The notes: generated by a model not told the origin, from the sequence alone. Counted from the first letter of the stretch, positions 20,798-31,701 are shown. The stretch: 64,000 bases of DNA from an uncultured delta proteobacterium (GCA_963815145.1 CAWFFS010000027.1:52737-116736); one strand, 5' to 3'. Numbers and translations: made by a program.

Positions 20798-23779
20798 TCA
20801 CTTTTGTTCCTTTTTGAATATTTTGAATGTGACTGAACTATTTTTTCTGGGTATATCCGCAATAATTTCATAACCCACGCTACGAAGGACCTCCCTAGAG
20901 ATAGCCAAACCCATCCCTCTGCCATTTTCTTTTCTTGAAAAACCGAGCTCAAAGATCTTATCATAATCACCTTCATTAATGCTTGTCCCATTATTTGAAA
21001 TATAGAAAGATCCTTCACTATCAGCATGTAATCGTATGATCTTTTCTTCCTGATCTTGTTTTTGTTTTAACCAATGAATTGCATTATCAACAACATTCAC
21101 AAACACAGGATAGAATACCGAACGATACCCCTCTATTTTACTTGCTGCAAAATATTTTGATCGTTTAAGGATAACGCTATGCCTTTCAAATCTTCCGCGG
21201 AAAACATCCAACAAAAATATGTATATGTCTTCAGCGCTAATTTTTTCTGTTTTTCGATATAAACGCCGGTTGAAGGGAGTCAATAGAGATAAATAACCAT
21301 CTAAATGTTCAAAATTTGTACGGATATTTCCATAAATAGTTTCAAGCGTATCATCCACATCTGCCCATCGTTTAAGGTCCCTTATACTATTTCTTAAAGA
21401 TTTTACAGTACTATTGAATTCATGGTGAACTATATTAACAGCCAACCCTAATTGAGTTAGTTCAACATCACTTATTAGTTTTTCCTGTAACTCTTCAATT
21501 TCTTCTTCCATGGATGCTTCAATTTGTTTGTTTGTGACTATTCTTCCTGATTTGTCTTTCTCCCAATAAATAGAGTCAATTTGCTCAATTATATTTTCAA
21601 GAACTCCATTCGCATATTCTGTTTCTTCTATGATAGGAAGTTCGCGTTTTTTTAATTCTTCATAAATATCCGCATCCCCTTCATCGTCTATCTTTAATGT
21701 ACTGAGGTTAATCTGAACACTTCTAATGGTTTGCTCCAGGTTTGCCATTAATTCTTGAGTTAATTTTCGGACTTTGGCCGACATATCTTCACTTAATGAC
21801 CTTGCTTCTTCCCTTTTTTTCTTTGTAATATCTTTTGCTTCCATTGAGAGTTGTTCTAATGCTTTTTCAATTCTTTTCCTTTTACTTATTTGAAGTTTTA
21901 AATCTCTGCGGCATTCTTCCGTAAGATAGGATAGCTCTCTTTCACATTTGGAAAAAACCTCATCTTCAAATATAATATATCTGTCACGATATGCTTCATA
22001 GTCTCTTCGCGTCTCTTTGGATGGTGCAAAACCTCGAGGAGCGTTAATTTTATAATCCTTGCGTAACTGATTAAGCATTGTTCGTGCTTCAATTTCATAA
22101 TTAATAAGTGTTTGGGCTGCCATATCTGGGTCTTCGATTGATGCAATCGATAACAATTTATTTTCAAAGGATTGTAATAATTCGTTTGCTTGCCTATTTA
22201 TCTCTCCTGATTGTGCATTATTGAAAAAATCATTTAACTCTTTTTCAAATATTTTCTTGCGTTCTTTTGCACGCTTTTCTCTTTCTTCTTTTACCTTGAA
22301 ATAATTTTCTCTTTCACTTCTTTTACTTAACCACAATTCAGTATACTCACCAGTACCCTGTTCTCGAAAGAAATCGTTAGCAAGCTGATAAAAGAAGTTT
22401 TTTAGAATATCTCGGATCTGTTTATAAGCCTTATTTTCTATAAATCCTTCTCTCCCGGCTTTCTCTACTAAGTTGGGGTTGTTTTCTTTTGAGATATTAA
22501 TAACTCCGAACATTCTACGGTAGGAAAAGAAATAATATGATGCACTTTTTGTTCGGTTTCTCTCAATATCTATAAAGTCATAATCGGTGTCACCATATGG
22601 CAAAATTCTTATATTGTTCTTATACATATATAGTCCCCCGAACCTATTTAATTTGGACATAAGACGATTCCAAGTAACAGGATCAAGGTATGACTGTTGT
22701 TGGCGTCCTGGGACATAAGAGAAATTAATAGAGAAAGGACCACAATGTGTAAGATTGAAATTATTTTCTGACCAGGGGATTTTGTGTTTAATTCCTTTTT
22801 CATTATAGATTGATACGACTCCATCGAATTGCCCATATGGATCAAAAATGCCGGAAATATGATGATCGGCCTTTAAGAATTCGTCTGGCGTAAAGAAGCT
22901 TTCCTTATCAATTAAATCTTCATATGTATCATTTTCAGTTCGAAAATCTCTGAAAGAGGCTTCAATATTTGGCTTAGGATGGTCAGGTGTCATCGTATTG
23001 GTAAATCCGGATAAGAGTTTTTCCAACTTGGAAGCGGTCTGCGGGCTTCCGTCAATATCAGAGTTTAGTGACTCATCTACCGGAGATATGTAAAATTGTG
23101 TGCCGGAATTATGAAATAATGAAAGGTTTCCGGGCAATTTATTGTTGAGATCCTTTGGATTTACATAAAAACTATTTATCTCTTTAATAAGATTTTTAGA
23201 TTCATTATCAAATAATAATTTTTTTTTATATAATGTATCTATTGATCTAATTAATTCATTTTTCATTGATGACACTACGGACTCGTCGGGAATTTCGCTA
23301 TTCTGGAATTCTCTAACCGGAATAACAATATCATCCAAATCCAAGCCTGGGATCTCAAAGATTCCCCAATTAATAAAAGCCGCGACAATGTCTGTTAACT
23401 TATCATCTCTTATAGCCCTGGAAAGAATCAATACTTGCCTGCCTATGGCTGATATGGCTAAACGGCCAATACCTTTTTCTCCCATTATAGGACGTTTAGG
23501 TTTATTCGTTGGAGTTGGTGGTGGGAGAATGCGTTTGTTATCGAACTTACTTTCAGTGCCTAGGACCAACCATCGTTTTTCAAAATCAACTTTTGTCATT
23601 CCCAGTCCATCATCACGCAAAATAAATAACTTTTTAATTCGGAAATAATCGACATCAACATGATCTGCATATGCATCATGTGCATTTTTAAACAATTCAT
23701 TTATCGCCGTGGGGATACCAGCTATCTGCTGTCGTCCCAATAAGTCGATGGCCCTAGCTCTTGTTTTAAATTTAGCCAT
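20798..23779 (-). CDS. MutL/MORC-type GHKL ATPase - coiled coil - histidine kinase fusion
   Basis: N-term ELFKNAHDA, DDGLGM, GEKGIGR; coiled-coil middle; C-term H-box VHHEF, NVVDNA, NNG, IFELGF..GRGMGL. Confidence 0.88.
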   Translation of the reverse strand: MAKFKTRARAIDLLGRQQIAGIPTAINELFKNAHDAYADHVDVDYFRIKKLFILRDDGLGMTKVDFEKRWLVLGTESKFDNKRILPPPTPTNKPKRPIMGEKGIGRLAISAIGRQVLILSRAIRDDKLTDIVAAFINWGIFEIPGLDLDDIVIPVREFQNSEIPDESVVSSMKNELIRSIDTLYKKKLLFDNESKNLIKEINSFYVNPKDLNNKLPGNLSLFHNSGTQFYISPVDESLNSDIDGSPQTASKLEKLLSGFTNTMTPDHPKPNIEASFRDFRTENDTYEDLIDKESFFTPDEFLKADHHISGIFDPYGQFDGVVSIYNEKGIKHKIPWSENNFNLTHCGPFSINFSYVPGRQQQSYLDPVTWNRLMSKLNRFGGLYMYKNNIRILPYGDTDYDFIDIERNRTKSASYYFFSYRRMFGVINISKENNPNLVEKAGREGFIENKAYKQIRDILKNFFYQLANDFFREQGTGEYTELWLSKRSERENYFKVKEEREKRAKERKKIFEKELNDFFNNAQSGEINRQANELLQSFENKLLSIASIEDPDMAAQTLINYEIEARTMLNQLRKDYKINAPRGFAPSKETRRDYEAYRDRYIIFEDEVFSKCERELSYLTEECRRDLKLQISKRKRIEKALEQLSMEAKDITKKKREEARSLSEDMSAKVRKLTQELMANLEQTIRSVQINLSTLKIDDEGDADIYEELKKRELPIIEETEYANGVLENIIEQIDSIYWEKDKSGRIVTNKQIEASMEEEIEELQEKLISDVELTQLGLAVNIVHHEFNSTVKSLRNSIRDLKRWADVDDTLETIYGNIRTNFEHLDGYLSLLTPFNRRLYRKTEKISAEDIYIFLLDVFRGRFERHSVILKRSKYFAASKIEGYRSVFYPVFVNVVDNAIHWLKQKQDQEEKIIRLHADSEGSFYISNNGTSINEGDYDKIFELGFSRKENGRGMGLAISREVLRSVGYEIIADIPRKNSSVTFKIFKKEQK

Positions 23780-24875
23780 TTATTTCCTTTATATGGTTGG
23801 CAAAATGCCTTCCCATTGCATAGGCAAGGTCAACAGGTACAGCATTTCCTATCTGTTTAGCCATTGAATTTAGACTGCCAGTGAATTCAAAATTATCATC
23901 AAATCCTTGAAGGCGCGCTGCTTCTCTAATACTTAATGCCCTATGTTGTTCCGGATGTCCGAATCTTCCGTTGGAATAGCTGATACAACGAGTTGTTAAT
24001 CCTGTTGCAGGTTTATCCCACCACAAACGACCATAACAATCGGTATGTCCGGAATGTTTTTTGCCTCTTTCATTAGTACGCGTATAACACTCAGGTAAAA
24101 GTTCTTCCGGCCAGTTATTACGCCCACCTCCATCGGGTTTGGAGGCTTTTATGCGCTTCATATTTAGTTCTGATAATTCGGCTGCCCGATGATTAAGTAC
24201 ATCTGGATCATTGTATGTTTCTCCAGCGGCAATAGCTGGGAGATCCTCAATTGCATCTTTAACAGTTTTGTATGGATTGTCACGATTATTGCCATGGGTT
24301 GGTTCAGGAATGCTTATGGGACCATGTTTACTTGCAACCAAAACAAAACGACGACGTAATTGTGGTGCTCCGTAATCTTGAGCCGCTATAACTCCAAAAT
24401 CCATCTTGTAAGCTAACTCATGCAACAATTTTTCAAAGGCCGGAAATGGACCTTTTTTTTTCTTTTGAACTTTCTGTAATCCTGGAACATTTTCAACAAA
24501 TACAAAGTCTGGCTTATGCTTTTCTATTATTGATCCAAAATGTGTTAATAAATTCCTGCGTACATCATATTTTCGACTTTCTGTATATTGTTTAGTAAAT
24601 GGCTGACAAGGCGCGCATCCACAAAATAGAGTATAGCTATCTTTATGCTTATCAAGAGTTGGTTGTAAATCATCTGCTGAGAGTAAAGAGATGCTTTTCT
24701 CACAAAAATGTGTGTCAGGAAAATTTTTTATAAAAGTACTTTTTGCATCAGGATCTATATCCAATGCAAAAACAATATCCATACCGGCTTTTTGAAAACC
24801 CCGGCTGGTCCCCCCACATCCGCAAAAGAAATCATATACAGCTATGCGGTTGCGATTATTGTCTTTTTTCATCAT
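23772..24875 (-). CDS. dcm: DNA (cytosine-5) methyltransferase
   Basis: Motifs I FFCGCGG, IV PCQPF, VI ENV, VIII QLRRR, IX REAARLQGF, X QIGNAV. Confidence 0.93.
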   Translation of the reverse strand: MMKKDNNRNRIAVYDFFCGCGGTSRGFQKAGMDIVFALDIDPDAKSTFIKNFPDTHFCEKSISLLSADDLQPTLDKHKDSYTLFCGCAPCQPFTKQYTESRKYDVRRNLLTHFGSIIEKHKPDFVFVENVPGLQKVQKKKKGPFPAFEKLLHELAYKMDFGVIAAQDYGAPQLRRRFVLVASKHGPISIPEPTHGNNRDNPYKTVKDAIEDLPAIAAGETYNDPDVLNHRAAELSELNMKRIKASKPDGGGRNNWPEELLPECYTRTNERGKKHSGHTDCYGRLWWDKPATGLTTRCISYSNGRFGHPEQHRALSIREAARLQGFDDNFEFTGSLNSMAKQIGNAVPVDLAYAMGRHFANHIKEING

Positions 24876-25082
24876 AGTTCAAGGGTAAATTATTTAAGTT
24901 ATAACATGTTGATTTCTGATTTATTCCTCTTAATTATTGCCGATTAAAAAAATTAATTACTCTTTTTATAATCCTAAATCAAGGTATAATGATGCATACT
25001 TTAGATAGCCATAGTAAATCTAAATCAAATTATAATTAATCAAACAAATTTAAAATTTAAAACGAAAAATAATAATTTAAAA

Positions 25083-25490
25083 TTATTTTGAGCAAATTAA
25101 ATGGAAATCGCAGCTATCACAATTTTTTCCAGGCTTCTTACCAAATCTTCTACTCTTAATACCTTTGACAGCTTTATTAATATCTTTTCTGGCATTAACA
25201 AGATTTTCCTCTGAAACATCCACATCAAACCTTACATTATCAGATAAATAATGGATATGAGATGATATAGGATTTAAACCCAATGATTTACCTGCTGCCA
25301 GGGCATAAAGCCTAAGTTGTAATCTATTTAAAGGATCTCTCTCCCTGCGCCCCTCTTTCTTCTCGGTTTTAAAATCAATTAAGTCTACATCCAATATTTT
25401 ATTCGACTCAGGGTCTGTTTTCACAATCAAATCAATCTGTCCGGATATCAAAGCATCATCCAAAATAAATTCAAATGGTTTTTCTGGAAT
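25083..25490 (-). pseudogene. C-terminal PD-(D/E)XK nuclease fragment typical of UvrD-nuclease fusions
   Basis: EKPFEF..ISGQIDLI..LIDFKT..QLRLYA..CDSCDFHLIC; no start or RBS; begins abruptly at about 25490. Confidence 0.8.
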
Positions 25491-25967
25491 GGGGTGGAAT
25501 GGGGCCCTTGACTCTTATTCAACATGCACCACAAATTCATATAATAATTTCTTTTATACGTCCTACGATTCCATTTTCCAATCGTAGAATGGGTCAAATC
25601 TCCTATTAGCTCTTTTAGCCATAACCCATTGGTTTACTAAATAATTTCCTTCACTTTTCCCAAAAAGTAATAGCAGTTTCTTTATCAATTAAACGCTCAG
25701 ATATTCCTATATATTCAAATACACCACAGAATACATTGATAAGGACTTTAAAAATGGAATTTACTCTTTCACGGACCGGAATTCAAGGTATGGATTTTTG
25801 AAGAAACTCCGGCGTTACGAGCTTTCCATAGTATGGAAGTAGTTCTCGAAAGATTTTCCAGCGTTTTTCTTTTTCAGATTCAGACATAGACAATACCAGA
25901 TATCAGAAATCAGAGATCAGTTATCAGTAAAAACAAAACCAAAAAATTCCTATCTAACCGCGGAACA

Positions 25968-26070
25968 CCCTGTTAAATAGATTTATAAAATCTTCCCTCC
26001 GGGATTTCACAGGGCAGGCCCTGTTAAATAAAATTTATCAACTCTTCCCTACGGGATTTCACAGGGCAGG
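25968..26070. repeat. Two tandem ~51-bp REP-like units
   Basis: CCCTGTTAAAT..GGGATTTCACAGGGCAGG x2. Confidence 0.85.
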
Positions 26071-26143
26071 CCGCGAAAGTTTATGTAAAAAAAGACATAT
26101 TTTTTTACATAATCAACACCAAATGTAAAGAAAGGTCTACTAA

Positions 26144-27746
26144 CCCAAAATCCGAGATTGAAATAGAACAAGTCTCTAGAATATATAATTCAAGCCAAAA
26201 AAAAGGGTAGAGAGGGTCTGCGCTACATCTTTTTTTGCCGGGAGCTGGTGCTGATTCACCATCATAACTGAGACAAAGGCAATCTACCTTTGCTTCAGAC
26301 ACACCTCACCCTTTAAGTTATTATTCTCCAAGGATATCCGTTCTACCTTCTAGGTGTTTGCAAACTCCCATATCCTTAGACGAATATCGTCAAACAATGA
26401 AAAGAAGCTTCTACTCACTTTGAGATAAATCTGGCCACCATGAAATACTATCTTTCCGGCTATCTGGTACAATCTCCATCTGACCGTTTGAACCTGATAA
26501 TGGTGCCAGCTTTTACCAAGTGCCTTAAGGATAAAAAGCCGGTATGCATTATATGCCAGAGCGCCTATTCTGAAATATACAGCATTGGCTTCCGTCTGAC
26601 CACAAGGCATTCTTTCCATACCAAACCCTATCTTGAGATCCTTTATTCGGTTTTCGCTACAATCGCCACGCTGATTGTACCACCACACTACCCTTTCCGC
26701 TTGTTCAAACTTATTAGTTACTATTACAGTATACTTTACCTTCTCACCTTCTTCTTCAAACATATTCTGCTGATAGGGCCTGCGGATCACTATAAGGCGG
26801 AAACTGTTCTCAGTCTTATTCATAGTGTGAATAGCTTCAGCTATATATCCTCCTTTATAGGTGCGCCAATCCTCTTCCGGGATATTATTTATCACCTTTA
26901 ATACTGCTGCGTCTAAATCACCGCCTATAGCAAATTCAATCCCTTCTTTTTCACAGTAATTTATTATATCAGCCTGATACCCAGCGCTGTCAGACCTGAA
27001 TGCTTTAACTTCTTTACCCTTCGGAAGTTGACGACGACAGTATTTAATAAACTCAAGGTTTCTCCCTCCAGGGGATTCATTGCCCTCCCTGAAATCATCT
27101 CCCAATACCAATCCATTTTCTGCTATATGACCAACCATCGGCATATAACCCTTAAATCCCTTATAGGTCATTTTTGCCGATTCCTTCTCCGCTACTATCC
27201 CTGTTGCATCTATATCAAGAGTATACCCCTTGAGACCATCATACTTCATGCCTCGCTTTAATAGTTGCCTGTTAACTTTGCCAAGCCCTTCAAGACCACC
27301 ATTCTGTCCTGTCCTACGTAACCAATCTCCTATAGCATCTGATGAAGGAACTCGGTCTAATGGTAATATCTCTCGCATCCCTTCATCCCCTCTTATCTCT
27401 CGAGTGTCCTCCAGGTTTCTTCCTCCACCATTTAATGTCAATAGAATGGGGAACACATATTCTGAGGCTTTATACCCAGCGCCACTGCCAGGCTTTGGTA
27501 AGTATTTATCTACTGTCTTTAATATGCCCAAGCCCACCGCAAATTCTCCAAACAGACTCAGGCCTGCATGAGAAGTTATCATATCTTTGGTCATTTCTAG
27601 CTTGAATGGGAGAAGACTTTGTCGTATCATCTTTTTCACCTCGTTGGTTCAGTTTGTGTTTCTTTGTCGTTACACATATCTACCTGATTCAACGAGGTTT
27701 TTCAATTTATAACTCCATTTTTATCTCTTCAATCGCGGGTTTTGGG
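26144..27746 (-). mobile_element. IS1380-family insertion sequence
   Basis: Terminal IRs CCCAAAATCCGAGATTGAA / CCCAAAACCCGCGATTGAA around a single transposase; no exact target duplication (CTAA vs ATAA). Confidence 0.88.
26350..27639 (-). CDS. IS1380-family DDE transposase
   Basis: TSHAGL, TLDIDAT, YKGFKGYMP, FRSDSAGY, YNQRGDCSENRIKDLK. Confidence 0.93.
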   Translation of the reverse strand: MKKMIRQSLLPFKLEMTKDMITSHAGLSLFGEFAVGLGILKTVDKYLPKPGSGAGYKASEYVFPILLTLNGGGRNLEDTREIRGDEGMREILPLDRVPSSDAIGDWLRRTGQNGGLEGLGKVNRQLLKRGMKYDGLKGYTLDIDATGIVAEKESAKMTYKGFKGYMPMVGHIAENGLVLGDDFREGNESPGGRNLEFIKYCRRQLPKGKEVKAFRSDSAGYQADIINYCEKEGIEFAIGGDLDAAVLKVINNIPEEDWRTYKGGYIAEAIHTMNKTENSFRLIVIRRPYQQNMFEEEGEKVKYTVIVTNKFEQAERVVWWYNQRGDCSENRIKDLKIGFGMERMPCGQTEANAVYFRIGALAYNAYRLFILKALGKSWHHYQVQTVRWRLYQIAGKIVFHGGQIYLKVSRSFFSLFDDIRLRIWEFANT

Positions 27747-27957
27747 ATAATAGGCCACACAGCGAATCAATCGCTTTCCTGGTATCCTATGAAAATAATT
27801 GGTTTTATCACTCGGCATTTTATCCATTGGCATGGAAATTCCATAATAAAACCTTCCTGACAATTTTAAGGTAATTATGGATAACCGCGATTAATACGTC
27901 ATACCCGCGCAGGCGGGTATCCGGCGGGTCCGGATTCTTATTTTCCCATTTTCAATA

Positions 27958-28395
27958 TTATTTGCACGGACGCTCAATGTCACTCGAAAAATACTTCTTC
28001 AGCTTGATCGCTACCTGCTTTTTTTCTTCTTCGGTTAATTTTTTATATTTTCGGTCATAATCCCACCCATAACCCCACCTGTACCAGTTATAAAAGTAAG
28101 GGCTTCCTCCCAGGCGTACACCCCGGTATATGATTTTTGCAAGGTTATCATTTCCTGTTTTCCTATGAACACATTCCCGCAGCGTCTCATCCGCTTTTAA
28201 ACGTTCTTCTTCAGTACCACCCTGCCAGTAGGCTATGTCATGCTGAAAACAGCATTCACACCAGTCCGCCTTGAGTATGAGGGAACTGTCAGGGAAAAGC
28301 GTGCATCCGTCACTGGTAAAATCCTTTATCTTTTTCTCATCCCCGTTGGATCCAAGGGCGGCCAGAATCAATAATATAATAGTTATTCGATACAT
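27958..28395 (-). CDS. Secreted hypothetical protein with PLA2-like CxxHD motif
   Basis: Signal peptide; FTSDGCT..WCECCFQHDIAYW..RLKADETL. Confidence 0.7.
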   Translation of the reverse strand: MYRITIILLILAALGSNGDEKKIKDFTSDGCTLFPDSSLILKADWCECCFQHDIAYWQGGTEEERLKADETLRECVHRKTGNDNLAKIIYRGVRLGGSPYFYNWYRWGYGWDYDRKYKKLTEEEKKQVAIKLKKYFSSDIERPCK

Positions 28396-28402
28396 GAATC
28401 CT

Positions 28403-28858
28403 CTATATTATAAATTTCTTCATGTCAGAATCTAAAGATATGAGTCGTTTCGCGTCATCAGAATTCGGATCAATCAATTTGAAATCGGAAAACTCAAAAC
28501 CCGGTGCAACAGAACAGCCGACAAGCACTGTATCCGAAACAGGCTCTGCAGCCTGCCAGGTGTCAGCCGGTACTACATGGCAGAAATTGTTACCGTCTGC
28601 TGAAAGCCTAACACACTCAGGCGGTTTATCAGAACCAGCCCATATATAGAGATTAAGCGCACTGCCCTGATACAGGTTCCAGACCTCGTCTGATGCCACC
28701 CTGTGAAAGCGGCTTGTTTCACCCGGCTTTAGCGAAAAATAGATATGGGTGAGAGCAGATCTGGTATTGCCTGTTTGTGTAGTAACGGTCCTTATGGACC
28801 TGAAAACTTCACGAAATTGACCTCCTTCCGGATGATCGATGAGATCAATGGGTTTCAT
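28403..28858 (-). CDS. Cupin_5 (DUF985) protein
   Basis: HPEGGQFRE, THIYF, FHRVASDEVW, WQAA, CSVAPGFEF. Confidence 0.9.
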   Translation of the reverse strand: MKPIDLIDHPEGGQFREVFRSIRTVTTQTGNTRSALTHIYFSLKPGETSRFHRVASDEVWNLYQGSALNLYIWAGSDKPPECVRLSADGNNFCHVVPADTWQAAEPVSDTVLVGCSVAPGFEFSDFKLIDPNSDDAKRLISLDSDMKKFII

Positions 28859-29020
28859 AGACAGATTAACTCCGGAAAATAAAGTATTATTATTTTTTTT
28901 CGTTTAACAATCATCGCGATTCAAGAATCTGTTGATCTTTTTATAAAGGATGCCTAAAAAGGATACAACATTAATCTATTATTCTGCAATGGGGATGAAT
29001 TAAATCAACGGAGAAATGCA

Positions 29021-31672
29021 ATGTTAACTCTAAGAGACAGACTTTCACATCTTACTTATACCGGAGCGTGTAAACTTTTAGGACCGGAAGGGAAAAAACT
29101 GATACTTCTGGGTGGAAAATACGAAATAAGCATCGACGAACAAGTAATCCTGAACAACACTTCTTTTAAGCTTGATCTGGGCGAGACACTTGTTTCAATC
29201 AGCCTTGATCCGATGAATAACAAACATTTGAAGTTTGAATGCAGTACCTGTGATAATAGGTGTGAACATCTCGGTGCCGCATTTTCCCTTATTCTCGAAG
29301 AGAAATTGGCCCTCGGACTTTCCGCGCCTCCCCTGGAAAAAATCCCAATAGAGAGTCTGACCGATGAAGAGCTTATAAATCAGGAACTTGCAGACCGGAT
29401 AGAACGGGCTGAAAATCAAAAAATGAGGATCCAGGCAAATGATAAATCCATATTGTGGACAGATTATTTAATAACAAATCACACATCAGGAAAAACCTAC
29501 AGGGTTGCCTTACGAGGTTGGGAAAGGGGAGAATCCTATTGCACATGCCCTGATTTCAGGAAGAACACACTTGGGACCTGCAAACATATCCTCCATATCA
29601 TTAACAAGGTTAAAAACAGGTTCCCTAAAAAAATAAAAGATACGCCATACAGGATCAAGGATCTGGCAGTATACCTGCATTATGGTGTCAACCTGGAGCT
29701 AAGGCTTCTGATACCGAAAGATCTTGATAAGCATACATTGACTATCATCACACCTTTTATAAACAGACAAATAGAGGATGTTGAAGGGCTTGTAAAAACC
29801 ATCCGCAACCTTGAGTTGTCCGGGACAGATGTAATCATTTATCCTGATGCCGAAGAATATATAAACGACTTTCTTTACAGGAAGCGTGTCAGCAATAAAG
29901 TGAGTGAGATTCGTGCAAATCCCTTAAAACATCCTCTTAGGAAAAGCCTGCTGAAAACCGAACTGCTCCCATACCAGTTGGACGGTATTGCCTTTGCGGT
30001 AGGTCGTGGGAGAGCGGTAATAGCGGATGACATGGGGCTTGGTAAGACGATACAGGGGATCGGCGTTTCGGAATTACTTGCTCAGGATGCCGATATCTCA
30101 AAGGTGCTCATAATCTGTCCCGCGTCACTCAAAAGCCAATGGAGGATAGAGATAGAACGCTTTACCGGCCGTAACTGCCAGCTCATTTTAGGAAGTTTAA
30201 AAGAAAGGGGTGCCCAGTATAATAATGAATGTTTTTTCACAATCTGTAATTATGAACAGGTTTTAAGAGATATCAACACCATTGAGAAGGTAAAATGGGA
30301 TCTTATCATCCTGGATGAAGGACAGAGAATAAAGAACTGGGAAACAAAAACCAGCCAGACAATTAAGGCGTTGAAATCCCGTTTTGCGCTCGTCCTTACA
30401 GGAACACCGCTTGAGAATCGCCTTGACGAACTTCATTCTATTATTGAATTTATTGATGACAGGAGGCTTGGACCGGCCTTCAGGTTTTATAACCAGCACA
30501 GGATAACCAATGAAAAGGGTAAGCTGCTGGGGTACAAGAACCTTGATCTCTTACGTGAAAAACTTAAACCCATTCTCATCCGCCGCACCAGAAAAAAGGT
30601 TTTAAGGGAATTACCTCCAAGGACAACAGAAATAAGACGCATAACACCTACTGAAGAACAGTTAACTGTTCACAACCAGAATAAAAAGATAGTCAGTCAG
30701 ATCCTTAATAAAAAATATATATCGGAAATGGATCTTTTACGGCTGCAAAAGGCATTGCTGATATGCCGGATGTCTGCAAACAGCACCTTCCTTGTTGATA
30801 AGCAGCCGCCCGGTTATTCCAGCAAGCTGAAAGAGATCGATTCGCTTCTGGATCAATTGATGTCTGAGGATGACAGAAAGGTTGTGTTATTCAGCGAATG
30901 GACAACCATGTTAAACCTGATAGAGCCAATACTTGAAAAGAAGAATATCAGGTATGTAAGGCTGGACGGTTCTGTGCCGCAAAAAAAGAGACTCGGTCTG
31001 GTAAGCATATTTCAAAAAGAACCTGATTGCAGGTTCTTTATCACGACAAACGCAGGATCAACCGGGCTCAATCTTCAGGCTGCCAACACTGTTATCAATG
31101 TTGACCTTCCATGGAATCCGGCGATACTTGAACAAAGGATCGGTCGTGCTCACAGGATGGGACAAAAAAGACCTGTGCATATATTCCTTTTAGTGACAGA
31201 GGATACCCTTGAAGAAAATCTGCTGGGTACACTGTCTGCAAAGCAGGCATTGTTTACTGCTGCCCTTGATCCATCATCCGATACCGACTCCCTTGACCTG
31301 TCTGCTGGTATTGATGAACTCAGAAGGCGACTGGAAGTTTTAACCGGTGAAAAACCGGAAGCTCCGATAGATATAACCATGAAGGAGCAGCGTGAAAAAG
31401 AGGCAGAGACACTTACTAAAAAAGAGAAAATCGCAGACGCCGGCGGTCAGCTTATTGGTGCCGCCTTTAATTTTTTAGGTGAATTTTTTACACGGGAGAA
31501 AGAAACAGAACAAATAGCGCAATTGACAAATGCATTTAAAGAACGACTTACTGAATGCATGGACAGGGATGAGAATGGAAAAATAACATTGAAAGTATCA
31601 TTTCCTGACGAATCGATTATTGACAACATGGCGAGGTCACTTGCCGGACTGCTGAATTATAATCAGCGGTAA
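29021..31672 (+). CDS. SNF2-family helicase with SWIM zinc fingers
   Basis: CSTC..CEH and CTCPDF..CKH; ADDMGLGKT, DEGQRIKN, TGTPLEN, GLNLQ, QRIGRAHR. Confidence 0.92.
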   Translation: MLTLRDRLSHLTYTGACKLLGPEGKKLILLGGKYEISIDEQVILNNTSFKLDLGETLVSISLDPMNNKHLKFECSTCDNRCEHLGAAFSLILEEKLALGLSAPPLEKIPIESLTDEELINQELADRIERAENQKMRIQANDKSILWTDYLITNHTSGKTYRVALRGWERGESYCTCPDFRKNTLGTCKHILHIINKVKNRFPKKIKDTPYRIKDLAVYLHYGVNLELRLLIPKDLDKHTLTIITPFINRQIEDVEGLVKTIRNLELSGTDVIIYPDAEEYINDFLYRKRVSNKVSEIRANPLKHPLRKSLLKTELLPYQLDGIAFAVGRGRAVIADDMGLGKTIQGIGVSELLAQDADISKVLIICPASLKSQWRIEIERFTGRNCQLILGSLKERGAQYNNECFFTICNYEQVLRDINTIEKVKWDLIILDEGQRIKNWETKTSQTIKALKSRFALVLTGTPLENRLDELHSIIEFIDDRRLGPAFRFYNQHRITNEKGKLLGYKNLDLLREKLKPILIRRTRKKVLRELPPRTTEIRRITPTEEQLTVHNQNKKIVSQILNKKYISEMDLLRLQKALLICRMSANSTFLVDKQPPGYSSKLKEIDSLLDQLMSEDDRKVVLFSEWTTMLNLIEPILEKKNIRYVRLDGSVPQKKRLGLVSIFQKEPDCRFFITTNAGSTGLNLQAANTVINVDLPWNPAILEQRIGRAHRMGQKRPVHIFLLVTEDTLEENLLGTLSAKQALFTAALDPSSDTDSLDLSAGIDELRRRLEVLTGEKPEAPIDITMKEQREKEAETLTKKEKIADAGGQLIGAAFNFLGEFFTREKETEQIAQLTNAFKERLTECMDRDENGKITLKVSFPDESIIDNMARSLAGLLNYNQR

Positions 31673-31701
31673 AGACCTTATCGCTCATAATGTAATTATC
31701 T

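Noticed and set aside
20791-21027. 79-codon N-terminal extension of the receiver ORF
   Set aside because: It overlaps the kinase C-terminus in another frame; the ATG at 20790 fits the operon spacing.
25968-26070. Tandem ~51-bp units as a CRISPR array
   Set aside because: Only two units, no unique spacers of regular length, and no cas genes.
3018-28858. Co-oriented accessory genes as a classical integron
   Set aside because: No intI and no recurrent RYYYAAC..GTTRRRY attC sites after the genes.
23772-31672. C5 methyltransferase plus SNF2 helicase as DISARM
   Set aside because: No DrmA, DUF1998 (DrmB) or PLD gene, and the SNF2 gene is divergent and separated by an IS and unrelated genes.
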